From IMG/VR virus record IMGVR_UViG_3300050014_000899: DNA of 64,000 nt; one strand, given 5' to 3'. Positions 1-10,540 of this stretch are shown here, piece by piece; the stretch's first letter is position 1; each line of letters begins with the position of its first letter. Both the position numbers and the translations under genes were made by a program. This DNA comes from a virus. Under the pieces are notes generated by a model, which saw only the letters and a program-made list of their open reading frames with translations, was not told the origin of the DNA and made no database searches.

Positions 1-1
1 G

Positions 2-250
2 AACTTTAGCCCCCAAGCCCTCGCAGATGCTCTGATAACGAAAATAGACTTCAATCGCCCAATCAGTGAGGCTGGGTGGACTAAGTTAAATGATACCCGA
101 AATAAACTTAATGAAGCTATCGGAACTCTGGATGCCAGTATGAAAGCCGAGATGAAGCTTCTTAAACCTGAAGAAAAACTTTTTGCTAATTTCATCCGTG
201 GAAAACTTACAGCGTATGCTGAAATCCTGGATGTTTTAACTCGAATTTAA
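2..250 (+). CDS. hypothetical protein, 5'-truncated
   Basis: Open frame from window start to TAA 248-250, abutting the next ATG at 252. Confidence 0.6.
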   Translation, partial: NFSPQALADALITKIDFNRPISEAGWTKLNDTRNKLNEAIGTLDASMKAEMKLLKPEEKLFANFIRGKLTAYAEILDVLTRI

Positions 251-251
251 A

Positions 252-458
252 ATGGACAAGAAAAAAATTGTAGCGGAGATTCAATTTGATATTGAACGTG
301 GAATCTATGATAGCTTCCCAAAATTAAAAAGCCGATTATTATTCATATCGGAAAAACTGATCAAGTCCATTTATATCGTCAATCAGGAAGCTCAACTTTC
401 ACGAAATGAAATGGAAACTCTGATCGAAAACGAATATGTAAAAAAAGAAGATTTATAA
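252..458 (+). CDS. hypothetical protein
   Basis: ORF; TAATG coupling to the next gene. Confidence 0.7.
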   Translation: MDKKKIVAEIQFDIERGIYDSFPKLKSRLLFISEKLIKSIYIVNQEAQLSRNEMETLIENEYVKKEDL

Positions 459-1567
459 TGACTTATACAATAGAAGATCTTAGATCACAGGGCCTTATAA
501 TAATGGAATCCAGAATGGGTTCTCATGCTTATGGTACGTCCACTCCAGCGTCAGATGTGGACTTGCGGGGCGTATTCGTCCAGCCATTGGATGATGTTCT
601 TAAATATGGTTTTGTCGATCAAATATCCGACAAAACCAATGACGTAACTTTTTATGAACTTGGAAGATTTGTTGACCTGGTTATAGGAAACAACCCGAAT
701 ATAATAGAGATGCTTGCCGTTCCGGATGATTGTATGATACTTAAACATCCTCAATTCAAAAGAATCGAATCTCTTAAGCCTCAGATACTTACTAAGAAAG
801 TTCGCTGGACTTTTGCAGGTTATGCAGTTGATCAGATACAGAAAGCAAGAGGGTACAATAAGAAGATGAACTGGGAAGAAGCTCAGATGACTCGTAAGAC
901 TGTTCTGGATTTCTGCTATGTTCTTAAGGACGGAGGAAGCATGCCATTCAAACTTTGGATGGAATATGAACCCCTGATGAACACTCGTATACTCAAGAAC
1001 TTTGCAACTCAGAAAAATTTTGGTCTTGCAGCTATAGATCATGGGCACGATCTTTATGCAATGTATTACAATCCTGCTCCAGAATGGGGGATAGTTTCTG
1101 ATGAAGAAGTTGCTAACGAAGTTCAGCTTTGGTCAATACCCAAAGGTCTGGATCATATAGGTTATCTTTATTTCAACCAGGAAGGTTATACTTCTCATTG
1201 CAAGAAATATAAAGAATATCAAACCTGGCTTAAGGAACGTAACGAGAACAGATTCAAAATGAACAAGGAGCATGGTAAGAACTATGACTCCAAAAACATG
1301 ATGCACACTTATCGTTTACTTCTCATGGCTCAGGAACTTGCTGAGGGGAAACTATTGGTTCGAAGAACTGATGATCAGATAGACAAACTCATGAAAATAA
1401 GAAGAGGTGAATATGAGTATGAGGATCTTCTTGCTGAAGCTGAAGGCATGATAACCGGCCTCGATGCTCTTTATGCAGCTTCAACACTTCCCGAACATGT
1501 CAATAAAGAAGTGGTTTTGAATACATTGCTCGATATGAGAAGACATTTTTATTTCTCAGAAGCATAA
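458..1567 (+). CDS. DNA polymerase beta-superfamily nucleotidyltransferase (RlaP-like, RNA repair-associated)
   Basis: GSHAYGTSTPASDVDLRGVF Pol-beta NTase motif, NPNIIE and YDSKNMMHTYRLL motifs. Confidence 0.85.
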   Translation: MTYTIEDLRSQGLIIMESRMGSHAYGTSTPASDVDLRGVFVQPLDDVLKYGFVDQISDKTNDVTFYELGRFVDLVIGNNPNIIEMLAVPDDCMILKHPQFKRIESLKPQILTKKVRWTFAGYAVDQIQKARGYNKKMNWEEAQMTRKTVLDFCYVLKDGGSMPFKLWMEYEPLMNTRILKNFATQKNFGLAAIDHGHDLYAMYYNPAPEWGIVSDEEVANEVQLWSIPKGLDHIGYLYFNQEGYTSHCKKYKEYQTWLKERNENRFKMNKEHGKNYDSKNMMHTYRLLLMAQELAEGKLLVRRTDDQIDKLMKIRRGEYEYEDLLAEAEGMITGLDALYAASTLPEHVNKEVVLNTLLDMRRHFYFSEA

Positions 1568-1779
1568 TGGGAATAATTAATCATTTTGCGGACGAAAAAG
1601 AAGAGGAAGAAGACGACAATTACAGCGGAGTAATGGCTTCTCACTGGCATAAAAAATACAAGGAGGAAGGGATCGATGATGAGATTGGCCCCTTCTCTCA
1701 TTTGAAAGATGAAAAGCCAAAGGAAAAACCAAAAAAAGAAGATTTTTCATTATTTAAAAGATATAAAGATGTGGATTAA
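1567..1779 (+). CDS. hypothetical acidic protein
   Basis: ORF, TAATG coupled. Confidence 0.6.
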   Translation: MGIINHFADEKEEEEDDNYSGVMASHWHKKYKEEGIDDEIGPFSHLKDEKPKEKPKKEDFSLFKRYKDVD

Positions 1780-1975
1780 AAGAGAAAATTGTCAAACAGT
1801 AAATACTGATTTAGTTCAGACAATATACAAATCCGGTTCGGGGGGTTCCTGGAGTGTTAATTTTTTTCCAGTTCGTTCTCAGAGTTCCGTTATTGAATAT
1901 TTTTTCAAAACTAAAGAAGCAAGAGACGAATATTATGAAGCCGTAATGTTAAATTTAGGCGCAATAGATTTGTAA
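1769..1975 (+). CDS. hypothetical protein
   Basis: ORF 1709-1975; likely start MWIK at 1769. Confidence 0.6.
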   Translation: MWIKRENCQTVNTDLVQTIYKSGSGGSWSVNFFPVRSQSSVIEYFFKTKEARDEYYEAVMLNLGAIDL

Positions 1976-2006
1976 AAGGGGATTCAACTCGATAAATTAA
2001 TTTAGC

Positions 2007-2582
2007 ATGGAACCAAAATTCAATAATAGACCCAATGAAGAATTGAAACTTCAGGATCGTATTGTTTGGCTTAGCCGTAGTGTAGCTATTGTCGGAATTG
2101 TCTTGGGAAAATTTATGGGAGACACTTATGTCTTAATTGAAGAAAGATCCCAGACTATGATGGATCAACCCGGAAAATGGTGTCTTCCGTGTGGATATAT
2201 TGATTGGGATGAGAATGGATTGCAAGCTATTACTCGGGAGCTTTATGAAGAAACTTCCCTTTATCTTCCAAAATATAACAGGTTTCTTGTCAATGCAAAT
2301 AAATGCGAACCCTTTCGGGTTAATACGGAAGCTACAGAAAACAGACAAAATATAGTTCTATACTTTGGATTTGTTTATGATTTTAATAAAGAAGGTTTGC
2401 CATTAGAACCCCTATCCCATATTGATCATGAAATATCGGATGTTAGATGGGTTAAGCTGAACGAAGTCAATGATTATAGTCTTGTATTTGGTCATGATTT
2501 AAGAATTGTTCAGGCTGAAGAATATTTTTACAAAAGTCTATTACCTTGGTGGAAAAGATGGATTAAAAAGTTATTTTGCTAA
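2007..2582 (+). CDS. Nudix hydrolase (ADP-ribose pyrophosphatase-like)
   Basis: Nudix box GYIDWDENGLQAITRELYEET. Confidence 0.9.
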   Translation: MEPKFNNRPNEELKLQDRIVWLSRSVAIVGIVLGKFMGDTYVLIEERSQTMMDQPGKWCLPCGYIDWDENGLQAITRELYEETSLYLPKYNRFLVNANKCEPFRVNTEATENRQNIVLYFGFVYDFNKEGLPLEPLSHIDHEISDVRWVKLNEVNDYSLVFGHDLRIVQAEEYFYKSLLPWWKRWIKKLFC

Positions 2583-2623
2583 AACTTTTATCCCCCTCCC
2601 CTCTAAAATATAAAAACATAATT

Positions 2624-3580
2624 ATGAGCGTTGTAACAGATCTGTTTACAGAAAAATACCGTCCCAAAAAATTGGAGCAGCTTATTGCTCCCCCACGAAT
2701 TAAGAAACAGCTGGAAAAGGGTCTAATCCAGAATATCTTACTTTATGGCTCTCCGGGAACTGGCAAATCTTCTACTCTTTTTATTATTGCTCAGGGTCAT
2801 CCATATCTTTATATTAATGCGTCGAGCGAGCGTGGAATAGAAACCATGAGAGAAACTATTCCTAGTTTTTGTTCCTCAATTTCTTTATTGGACGGAGAGG
2901 AACATCTAAAATGTGTTATATTAGATGAGCTTGATGGAGCAACCCCTGAATTTTTCGGTGCATTTAAATCGGCAATGGAAAGATATTCAGCTACAACTCG
3001 TTTCATCGCTTCCTGCAATTTTCTTCCTAAAATTCCGGCCGCTATTAGGGAATCCAGATTTTTGGAAATAGCTTACGACCCCATTAATGAACAGGAAAAA
3101 GTATATCTTATAGGAGAATATAAAAAGAGAGCTGCAGCTATTTTAAAAGCCGCTAATATTTCTTACACAGATCCAGATTTGGAAAGATTCGTTTTAAACG
3201 ATTTTCCGGATTTAAGAGCGATCATGAATAAAATACAGTCTCTTTATTTAAGAGAAGTATCCGAACTGACCATAGAAAATATGGCCACAGCTTCGGATTT
3301 TCAGGAATTATTTCATCTTTGTCTTGAACCGCCAAAGAAACCATGGGATAATTATAAAATGGTAGTTAATCAATATGGTTCAAGGGTAGACGAAGCTTTA
3401 TCAGCTTTAGGAACTGATTTTCCAGAATATCTTAAAAATATGGCTCCTGCCAAATTAGATAAGATGCCAGGAGTTATCATTGAAATAGCCGACTATCAAT
3501 ATCGGAAAGCATTTGTCATTGATCCACTCATAACTCTTCTAGCTTGCATTTTTAGACTTCAACAAATACTTGAAAAATAA
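2624..3580 (+). CDS. clamp loader AAA+ subunit (RFC small / T4 gp44-like)
   Basis: EKYRPK, Walker A GSPGTGKS, INAS.ERG, Walker B ILDELD, ESRF arginine finger. Confidence 0.92.
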   Translation: MSVVTDLFTEKYRPKKLEQLIAPPRIKKQLEKGLIQNILLYGSPGTGKSSTLFIIAQGHPYLYINASSERGIETMRETIPSFCSSISLLDGEEHLKCVILDELDGATPEFFGAFKSAMERYSATTRFIASCNFLPKIPAAIRESRFLEIAYDPINEQEKVYLIGEYKKRAAAILKAANISYTDPDLERFVLNDFPDLRAIMNKIQSLYLREVSELTIENMATASDFQELFHLCLEPPKKPWDNYKMVVNQYGSRVDEALSALGTDFPEYLKNMAPAKLDKMPGVIIEIADYQYRKAFVIDPLITLLACIFRLQQILEK

Positions 3581-3643
3581 AATTTCCATAACCGCGAACT
3601 TTTAATACGACTGTTTGAATATATAGAATAAATATTCAAACAA

Positions 3644-4372
3644 ATGAAAAAATATTATTATATTTATGAAACCAAAAATATCTTAAATAATAAATTATAT
3701 GTTGGATTTCATTCTACCGATAATTTGGAAGATAATTATTTAGGAAGTGGTAGATTTTTAAAAAGAGCTATAAGAAAATACGGAAAAGAAAATTTTGAAA
3801 AAAACATATTAGAATTTTGTTCTGAAGATAATTGGCAAGAAAAAGAAAATTCCTGGATTAAAATAAAAAATACATTTTCTCCATTCGGATACAATCTTAC
3901 GTTTGGTGGGGAAGGAACCCCGGGTATGATTGTTCCTCAGGAAAGAAAGGATCAAATTAGTAAAACTCTTAAAAAAGATAACAAATTAAAAGGAATCAAA
4001 AAATCCGAAATTTGCAAAAAAAATATGAGTTTGGCTAAGAAAGGAAAACCTTCCGGGTATAAGGGGGTTTCTCACTTGCAAAAATTGATAATGGCTTATG
4101 GCGAAAAAATCGGGAAAATAAAATATGAGAAATTTTTAGAAAATCAAAGTAAAAGCCATTTAGGAAAAAAATTAATCAGGGATGTTTGGAATAAAGGGAT
4201 TTCATGTTCAGAATTGCACAAAGAAAATTTAAGCAAATCTTTAAGAAATAAGAAACATAATATGAAACTGGTGGTTTGTCCTCATTGCGGGAAAAAAGGT
4301 AAAGGGGGAAATATGACTCGCTATCATTTTGATCATTGCAAATTTAACGAGAATTTAACCTCAATAAAATAA
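3644..4372 (+). CDS. GIY-YIG (Seg-like) homing endonuclease
   Basis: YIYET...YVG...YLGSG...GYN-GGEG; C-terminal CPHC. Confidence 0.88.
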   Translation: MKKYYYIYETKNILNNKLYVGFHSTDNLEDNYLGSGRFLKRAIRKYGKENFEKNILEFCSEDNWQEKENSWIKIKNTFSPFGYNLTFGGEGTPGMIVPQERKDQISKTLKKDNKLKGIKKSEICKKNMSLAKKGKPSGYKGVSHLQKLIMAYGEKIGKIKYEKFLENQSKSHLGKKLIRDVWNKGISCSELHKENLSKSLRNKKHNMKLVVCPHCGKKGKGGNMTRYHFDHCKFNENLTSIK

Positions 4373-4399
4373 AAGATGAATATATTTTTCGTACATTTG
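4343..4399 (+). promoter_or_regulatory. promoter: TTTAAC-N5-TTTAAC direct repeat plus TAnnTTTG -7 element
   Basis: Repeat 4343-4359, TACATTTG 4392-4399, 32 nt spacing conserved at other sites. Confidence 0.7.
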
Positions 4400-4412
4400 A
4401 TAAAAAATAACT

Positions 4413-5597
4413 ATGACGAATGCTATTTTTGATTTAAGTAATATGTTTTTCCGGAGTTTGTTTATCGTAGGAGGTTATGGGTCGAAGCAGTATACTTTTC
4501 ACAGCCAGTCCGAATTGGATCAGCTAATGAGAAAGGTTGCGACAGATGTTTCTCAGGTTATCAGACAAGTAAATCCTTCTCGTATTCTTTTCGCTATGGA
4601 TTCAAAATCCTGGAGAAAAGGAATTTCTATTGACGAGAACGAAGGTTATAAAGGTCAGAGAACAAAATCTGAAAATATTAACTGGGAAGGGGTATTTAAG
4701 ATTATGAAAGAATTTTCTGATATTTTGCAAACTAATGGATTCATCGTATCCCAGTTTGAGAAAGCTGAAGCAGATGATCTTATTGCATTATGGAGAGATG
4801 AATTCCTTTACAAACAAAATCAGCATGTTATTATAGTATCAGCGGATGAAGACGTACGCCAATTGGTTGCATACAATTCTAATTGTCCAAAACCAGTAGT
4901 TTGTACAGTTTTCAACCCATTTACTCAGGGGAAAAATGCTTCTAAAAAGCTATTCGTTCCTAGAGAATTTTTTGATTGGATAAAAGACGAAGATAATGGA
5001 GATATTTTTGACCGTAGTATTGATGTGGATAAGGAAGATTTTCAAAGGATCTCGAACGACGGAAAAGTAAAAGTTGAAGAAGTATTTGGTCCGGAAATTG
5101 CTCTGAAGAAAATCTTCTGTGGCGATGATGGGGATAATGTTCCAGCAATTTATACTTGGATTGTTAAAGATAAAAACGGAGAAGATAAGGAAGTTCGAAT
5201 AACCGATTCAAAATATAAAAAAATCATCGAACATATTGGTGCTAAAGAACCTAAAGATCTGGTTGGAAAATCAAAAGAAATTTATGACGAAATAGCTCTT
5301 ATATGCGGTCATCAGCCATCTTTTAATCCCGAAGATCGTTTAATGAGACAGATGAAATTAGTCCTTCTTTTGGATTCTAATATATTTCCTATAGAAATAA
5401 CTTCTGCATTTAAAAATAGAGTTACAGAAGAACTTTCTAAACCCCAAATTCATCCTCAAAGTTGGAATATGCTTTCAATACTTGAAGGAACTAGATATGT
5501 AACTCCGGGAGGAAAATATAAACCAAATACAGGTAAGGAAGCTTCTATATTTGGGGATACAGATAAAATGATAGCTAAATCTAAATCATTATTCTAA
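4413..5597 (+). CDS. 5'-3' exonuclease / T4 RNase H-like (FEN family)
   Basis: FDLSN, SWRK...YKGQR, EADDLIA, SADEDVRQL, GDDGDNVP motifs. Confidence 0.88.
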   Translation: MTNAIFDLSNMFFRSLFIVGGYGSKQYTFHSQSELDQLMRKVATDVSQVIRQVNPSRILFAMDSKSWRKGISIDENEGYKGQRTKSENINWEGVFKIMKEFSDILQTNGFIVSQFEKAEADDLIALWRDEFLYKQNQHVIIVSADEDVRQLVAYNSNCPKPVVCTVFNPFTQGKNASKKLFVPREFFDWIKDEDNGDIFDRSIDVDKEDFQRISNDGKVKVEEVFGPEIALKKIFCGDDGDNVPAIYTWIVKDKNGEDKEVRITDSKYKKIIEHIGAKEPKDLVGKSKEIYDEIALICGHQPSFNPEDRLMRQMKLVLLLDSNIFPIEITSAFKNRVTEELSKPQIHPQSWNMLSILEGTRYVTPGGKYKPNTGKEASIFGDTDKMIAKSKSLF

Positions 5598-5854
5598 TGG
5601 CAAGTTTACAAAATAAAGGGGTTCGACTAATGGATTTAGCCGGATATGAGCGGGATACCAGGGATCTTGACGATCTTAAAAAATTCGAACAATCACATTT
5701 ACAAACACAAAATACAATGGAAAAAACAGTAAAACCAGTTTATAAGATCTTCAATATAAAAGATCTCTTAGCTGAATTAAATTTCGAAGGAAGAGGTAAG
5801 GGAAGCAAAACTGAAGATTATCTGGAAAGCGTTTTTGCAGAACATCAAACCTGA
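5597..5854 (+). CDS. hypothetical protein
   Basis: ORF, TAATG coupled. Confidence 0.65.
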   Translation: MASLQNKGVRLMDLAGYERDTRDLDDLKKFEQSHLQTQNTMEKTVKPVYKIFNIKDLLAELNFEGRGKGSKTEDYLESVFAEHQT

Positions 5855-5893
5855 AGAGAAAAAATAGGTAACACCTAGAATCTCCAAATATTA

Positions 5894-5932
5894 AAAAGCC
5901 CTGTCGAAACTAGTTATTTCGTCAGGGCTTTT
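5894..5932 (+). terminator. intrinsic terminator
   Basis: AAAAGCCCTG...CAGGGCTTTT hairpin. Confidence 0.65.
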
Positions 5933-5949
5933 ACACTTTTAACAAGAAA

Positions 5950-6264
5950 ATGATGAATAAAAAAACAATTAAAGAAATTAAAAAAATATCGCCGACATTT
6001 AAGGAATATTTTGATGCCAAACGTATTGTGGAATTATATGAAAAAATGGAGAAATATAATAAAAAATTTTACGTACAAATGCCATTTAATTTTTACAGTG
6101 TAGGAACTTTTGGTGGTTGGGAAAATGGGTGTTTTATGTTGAAGATTGAAGATGTGGAACCCTATTCTCACATAAAGGATTCCCATTATGTTTGTACACC
6201 GATTGAAGATGTTTTTGAAAAGAAGCAAAAATCAATGAAACATTTACATGTTGGTATTGAATAG
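5950..6264 (+). CDS. hypothetical protein
   Basis: ORF. Confidence 0.6.
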   Translation: MMNKKTIKEIKKISPTFKEYFDAKRIVELYEKMEKYNKKFYVQMPFNFYSVGTFGGWENGCFMLKIEDVEPYSHIKDSHYVCTPIEDVFEKKQKSMKHLHVGIE

Positions 6265-6328
6265 CAAGTTAAATTAACGAGAAAAAACGTATTTTTAAAA
6301 TTATTTTTAGTATATTTGTCCATCGGAG

Positions 6329-6949
6329 TTATTTAAAACGACAGTTATTATTATGCCATCTATTATAATTTCCAACATTAGTTATTTTATGACAATGAGG
6401 GCATTCTTTTAATTTTTTAGCTGATTGACTCATTTTATCTCGGGATTTTTCGGGAATATGTTCTTTGATTTTTTTCATTTTATCTATGGATTCTGTTGAA
6501 TGGGTATGGTTTTTAAAAGCTGAAACTTTACCAAACATGGGGTGATTTATTCCAAGACGTTTTCCTTCTAGAGATTTAGCTATCTTTTCTTTTGTTTTCT
6601 CATTATGATGTTTTCCTAAATGAGAGTTAGCTATTTTTTCTCGAGTTTTTTCAGATATAGGATTAAATGTAAAAGTATCCCCTCCTTCCCCTCCTAAAGC
6701 AATATTATATCCGTTAGGCTGAAGGGAGTTATTATTTTTAATCCAGAATATTTCCCTTTCATTAAGGGATTCGGCAGAACAATATTCTAAAATTTCTTTA
6801 GAAAAAGATTCTGCTCCGTATTTTTTTATAGCTCTGGAAACTATTTTTCCCGAACCCATATAATTATCTAATTCATTTTCGGTAATGTGTTTTCCAATAT
6901 AAATTTTATCATTATGAATATTTTTTATTTGATATACCAAATACTTCAT
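6329..6949 (-). CDS. GIY-YIG homing endonuclease with NUMOD3 repeats
   Basis: LVYQI...YIGKH...YMGSG...GYNIALGGEG; HLGKHHNEKTK. Confidence 0.88.
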   Translation of the reverse strand: MKYLVYQIKNIHNDKIYIGKHITENELDNYMGSGKIVSRAIKKYGAESFSKEILEYCSAESLNEREIFWIKNNNSLQPNGYNIALGGEGGDTFTFNPISEKTREKIANSHLGKHHNEKTKEKIAKSLEGKRLGINHPMFGKVSAFKNHTHSTESIDKMKKIKEHIPEKSRDKMSQSAKKLKECPHCHKITNVGNYNRWHNNNCRFK

Positions 6950-6976
6950 TTAATTTCTTATTTTTAATATATATCT

Positions 6977-7402
6977 ATGGAACTTTTCCAGTTAACTAAA
7001 GCTATGTTTGAATCTCCAGGTACTTATTCTGGAGCAACCAAAGGCGACAAACGAAAAAACTTCTTCATGATTCAAAGAAGAATGGCTATTCAATATCCTA
7101 TCCTAGCTAATATGCTTCAACGTGTTAAGATCAATCAGGAAGCCGTTGTAGATTTATGGCAACGATATTTAAGATCAAATCAACATTATACTAAGACCCC
7201 ATTTTGGATGTACACAGAGGGGGTTAAAAAAGCTCAGGAGAAGAAGGAAAAGAAAATAAACATCTCAAATGAAACAGTATTCGAATACTGCAAATTTTAT
7301 CAGCAGGACCCCAAACAAATAAGAGATGCTATTAAGTTCTATCCAGCTGAAATGGCTAAAGAACTTAAAGAATTTGAAAAATTACAACTTGAAATTCGGT
7401 GA
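6977..7402 (+). CDS. hypothetical protein
   Basis: 141 aa ORF. Confidence 0.7.
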   Translation: MELFQLTKAMFESPGTYSGATKGDKRKNFFMIQRRMAIQYPILANMLQRVKINQEAVVDLWQRYLRSNQHYTKTPFWMYTEGVKKAQEKKEKKINISNETVFEYCKFYQQDPKQIRDAIKFYPAEMAKELKEFEKLQLEIR

Positions 7403-7602
7403 CAAGTATAGCTAAAACCAGGGATGTTATCAAAGCTTATAGAATAGCTAAAATGCCTGGGGTCCTTCAATATCTTCTAAGAGAGGATTTAGAATTTGAG
7501 GAAAATACTTGGGTTGCCAAAGCAAAAGAACTAGCGGTTAAAAACCAGTTATTAAGTTTAGAAGAAGAAATTAATTTGATTATATATAAATTTAAACTAT
7601 AG
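7399..7602 (+). CDS. hypothetical protein
   Basis: ORF, GTGA overlap. Confidence 0.6.
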   Translation: MTSIAKTRDVIKAYRIAKMPGVLQYLLREDLEFEENTWVAKAKELAVKNQLLSLEEEINLIIYKFKL

Positions 7603-7605
7603 AAG

Positions 7606-8133
7606 ATGAAGGAGCAGAAGGAAGAACGAATTCTTAATTATACGATTAAGGATTTATCAATAAAAGAAATTTGTCCAAATTCGATCGATAATGTTATTAT
7701 TTCCATATCCGATGACAGCCAATATCATATGGATTTGCCCTCTACCATGGTTGGGGACAGTTTTAAAAGATGGCTACAAGGAATAGGGGGAATTTTCAAA
7801 AAAGATATATTTAATTTTCTTAAAGGAAAGCCCCATGGCAAATATATCCTTATGGAAGGCCCCGATGAAAGATCTATTCTTAGATTAATTGAAGATGAAG
7901 AATTTCCGGATTTTGAATTAAAGCATCTCGTTCATGGAAAAGTTAAAGATAAACCCTATATGATCCTGCGTACACTTGGACCAGACCAGAGCTTGACAAA
8001 TAATCAAAGATATATATTAGAGAACCCTATCATTGAGGAACCCGAAGAAGAGGTTTCTGATGAAAATGATAATATGCCTCCAAAGAATGAGGAGGACAGT
8101 TTAAGCCATTCAGTATCCCTGTTCACGGATTAA
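7606..8133 (+). CDS. hypothetical protein
   Basis: 175 aa ORF. Confidence 0.7.
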   Translation: MKEQKEERILNYTIKDLSIKEICPNSIDNVIISISDDSQYHMDLPSTMVGDSFKRWLQGIGGIFKKDIFNFLKGKPHGKYILMEGPDERSILRLIEDEEFPDFELKHLVHGKVKDKPYMILRTLGPDQSLTNNQRYILENPIIEEPEEEVSDENDNMPPKNEEDSLSHSVSLFTD

Positions 8134-8230
8134 ACTTCTAAATTCCCAAACTAAAATAATTTTGCACTGACTTCGATGGGAATACTATTCGCAGCTGGGT
8201 AGAGTTATACACTAAACTAAATTGTAAATT

Positions 8231-9034
8231 ATGAATCAATTAAAGAAACAAATTTCCCAAAAGGAAGCGACTACATCAAAACCCCTCAAGAATTTGCTTG
8301 CTTTTAATGGCTTCACATCACTTAAAAAACTCCTTAAGGGATTTCTATTATTATCCCTAATTTTAATTGCAAGCCTTGTAGTATCTGCTTTAATCGAGAT
8401 ACCTACACATGCATCATCTAGTCCTGAAAACGTTTCGGCGGTTGCCCAAGGTATGATGATAGATAATGTTAGGAAGGTATCCACGGAAAGACTGATAAAG
8501 GAAGTTGATATTTATATTAAAAGTATCGCTCCTACAACGAAACTAAAAGCCGAGGTCATTGTTGATCAATGCGAAAGATACAATATAGATATTATCTTCG
8601 TAATTGCTCAAGGGATTCTGGAGTCCCATCTCGGAACAAAAGGAATGGCTATAACGACCAATTCTGTTTGGAACGTTGGAACTTATGATGATGGTAAAAT
8701 ACATTACTCATATAAAGATCCAAACGAATCGTTAGAACCGTATTTAAAATTAATTAAAAAAGTCTATCTTGTAAGAGTATCTCAAAGCGGAGATACAATT
8801 CATAGAGGTCTTCAAAATCTCATACAGGATCGAGGCTTTGTCAACATCGAAGGAAAAAGATACGCTACTTCGACTTCATACGAAAATATGTTACGTAATA
8901 TGATCATTAAGGTTAGTATGGAATCCTCCATAAATCTATATCAAGGAATTGCTAATTTATCTAACACAGATATTATAAGCTTCTTCTCGATTGGATCGCA
9001 AGCAAAGGATTCCCTAAACTTAGCTAAATTATAG
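8231..9034 (+). CDS. membrane-anchored lysozyme-like (glucosaminidase-type) cell wall hydrolase
   Basis: N-terminal hydrophobic helix; IAQGILESHLGT...NSVWNVG...YAT motifs. Confidence 0.6.
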   Translation: MNQLKKQISQKEATTSKPLKNLLAFNGFTSLKKLLKGFLLLSLILIASLVVSALIEIPTHASSSPENVSAVAQGMMIDNVRKVSTERLIKEVDIYIKSIAPTTKLKAEVIVDQCERYNIDIIFVIAQGILESHLGTKGMAITTNSVWNVGTYDDGKIHYSYKDPNESLEPYLKLIKKVYLVRVSQSGDTIHRGLQNLIQDRGFVNIEGKRYATSTSYENMLRNMIIKVSMESSINLYQGIANLSNTDIISFFSIGSQAKDSLNLAKL

Positions 9035-9056
9035 GTTTAGGAGAACTTATATAACG

Positions 9057-9081
9057 AAACCCCCTTAATTGGGGGTTTTTT
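9057..9081 (+). terminator. intrinsic terminator
   Basis: AAACCCCC-TTAATT-GGGGGTTTTTT. Confidence 0.7.
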
Positions 9082-9105
9082 GTGAATAGATATAAGAAAA
9101 ACATC

Positions 9106-9894
9106 ATGATAACAGGAACCTATAAATTTAATGTCAAAAGAAGTCCTATAGATAATAGAGACTTTAAAGTCGGAGCAATCTATCCCGATCAAGTTACTTT
9201 ACCCGTGGAATGGGATTATCGAAAACAAATGAATCCTATTAGAGATCAGGGTCAAGAGGGATCTTGCTTAGCTGAAACAGTATCTGCTATGAAAGAATGG
9301 CAGGAATTAGTAGATCAGGGGTATAAGGGATATATGTCTTCCCAGTTTGTCTATAATCTTAGAGCAGATTATACAGAAGAAGGAATGGTTCCGAGAGATG
9401 GAATGAAAATACTCAATAAAATAGGAATTGTTCATGAAGACGTTTATCCATATGGAAAAATTGAACAACTCGATGCAAGTACTTTAAGTCCTAAAATCTT
9501 AACTTTAGCAGCTGCTAATAGAATATTAGGATATGCTCAAATAGATACCCTAGACAGCTTAAAAAAGGCCTTATTCGCTAACGGCCCATGTCTCATCACG
9601 TTTCCAGTTTACAACCCAGAAGTAATGGAATTCTGGAAGCCCACTAGTATTGGGCAGGAATCTTTAGGGGGTCATGCAGTTTGTGTAGCTGGATATTTAA
9701 AAGATAGATTCATCATTCGTAACTCCTGGTCAAATACCTGGGGAGATGCTGGATACACTTATTTCCCATTTACAGAATGGGGGATGCACTGGGAAGCATG
9801 GACAGCTATGGACGAACATTCCAATATGAATGATCTAAATAAAAAGATTGATTCTCAAAAAGTTTGTTTTTGGAAGAAACTATTTGGAAAATAA
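9106..9894 (+). CDS. papain-like C1 cysteine peptidase
   Basis: DQGQEGSC, GGHAV, IRNSW...WGDAGY motifs; ORF opens at 9082. Confidence 0.9.
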   Translation: MITGTYKFNVKRSPIDNRDFKVGAIYPDQVTLPVEWDYRKQMNPIRDQGQEGSCLAETVSAMKEWQELVDQGYKGYMSSQFVYNLRADYTEEGMVPRDGMKILNKIGIVHEDVYPYGKIEQLDASTLSPKILTLAAANRILGYAQIDTLDSLKKALFANGPCLITFPVYNPEVMEFWKPTSIGQESLGGHAVCVAGYLKDRFIIRNSWSNTWGDAGYTYFPFTEWGMHWEAWTAMDEHSNMNDLNKKIDSQKVCFWKKLFGK

Positions 9895-9944
9895 TTTTTT
9901 TTCTAAGGATCTTTTTCGTACATTTGTAATCTAAAAATCCAAAT

Positions 9945-10208
9945 ATGAGTGGAAAATCGTACACTATCAAATATGAAGTTCATTGTCAACTTCAGAATCT
10001 TTTTAATAAGGAGATAGTGGTTAAGAATTGTTTATCTGCCATGCATGCAAAAGCTAAATTAGATGATTATTGCAGAGGAAAATATGGTTTGGAGTATCAG
10101 TGTATCATCGTTACTTCCTGTGTAGAAAAATTTGATTTAAGTGGTTTTGGAGGTTTTGGAGATATATTTGGAAACGGATTTGGAGATTTATTTGGAGTAA
10201 AAAAATGA
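9945..10208 (+). CDS. hypothetical protein
   Basis: ORF after TACATTTG promoter; Gly/Phe-rich tail. Confidence 0.65.
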   Translation: MSGKSYTIKYEVHCQLQNLFNKEIVVKNCLSAMHAKAKLDDYCRGKYGLEYQCIIVTSCVEKFDLSGFGGFGDIFGNGFGDLFGVKK

Positions 10209-10531
10209 CAGAAGAAGAAAAAAACGCACAGCAAGCTCAGCAGCAAGGAAGACCAACCCATGTATTTTTTCAGTCATTTGGTATTAATAACCAAGGATCC
10301 GAAGAAATCCCGGAAGGACTTAAAAAATATTTAAGAAACGTTCTTGTATTTGAAATTGCGAATAATTGGCCTTTTGTTCGCTGTTTAATGGATAAATACA
10401 GAAATGGTATTTTAAAGGAGGTAGACCCATTAGAAAGGGATTGGTTCAATTTTATTATATCGAACCATGTTGATGTGGAAAAATACGGAAAGAATTCCGA
10501 TCAATTTGTTTCAGAATATATACAAAAATAA
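10205..10531 (+). CDS. hypothetical protein
   Basis: ORF, ATGA overlap. Confidence 0.65.
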   Translation: MTEEEKNAQQAQQQGRPTHVFFQSFGINNQGSEEIPEGLKKYLRNVLVFEIANNWPFVRCLMDKYRNGILKEVDPLERDWFNFIISNHVDVEKYGKNSDQFVSEYIQK

Positions 10532-10540
10532 GATCAATCT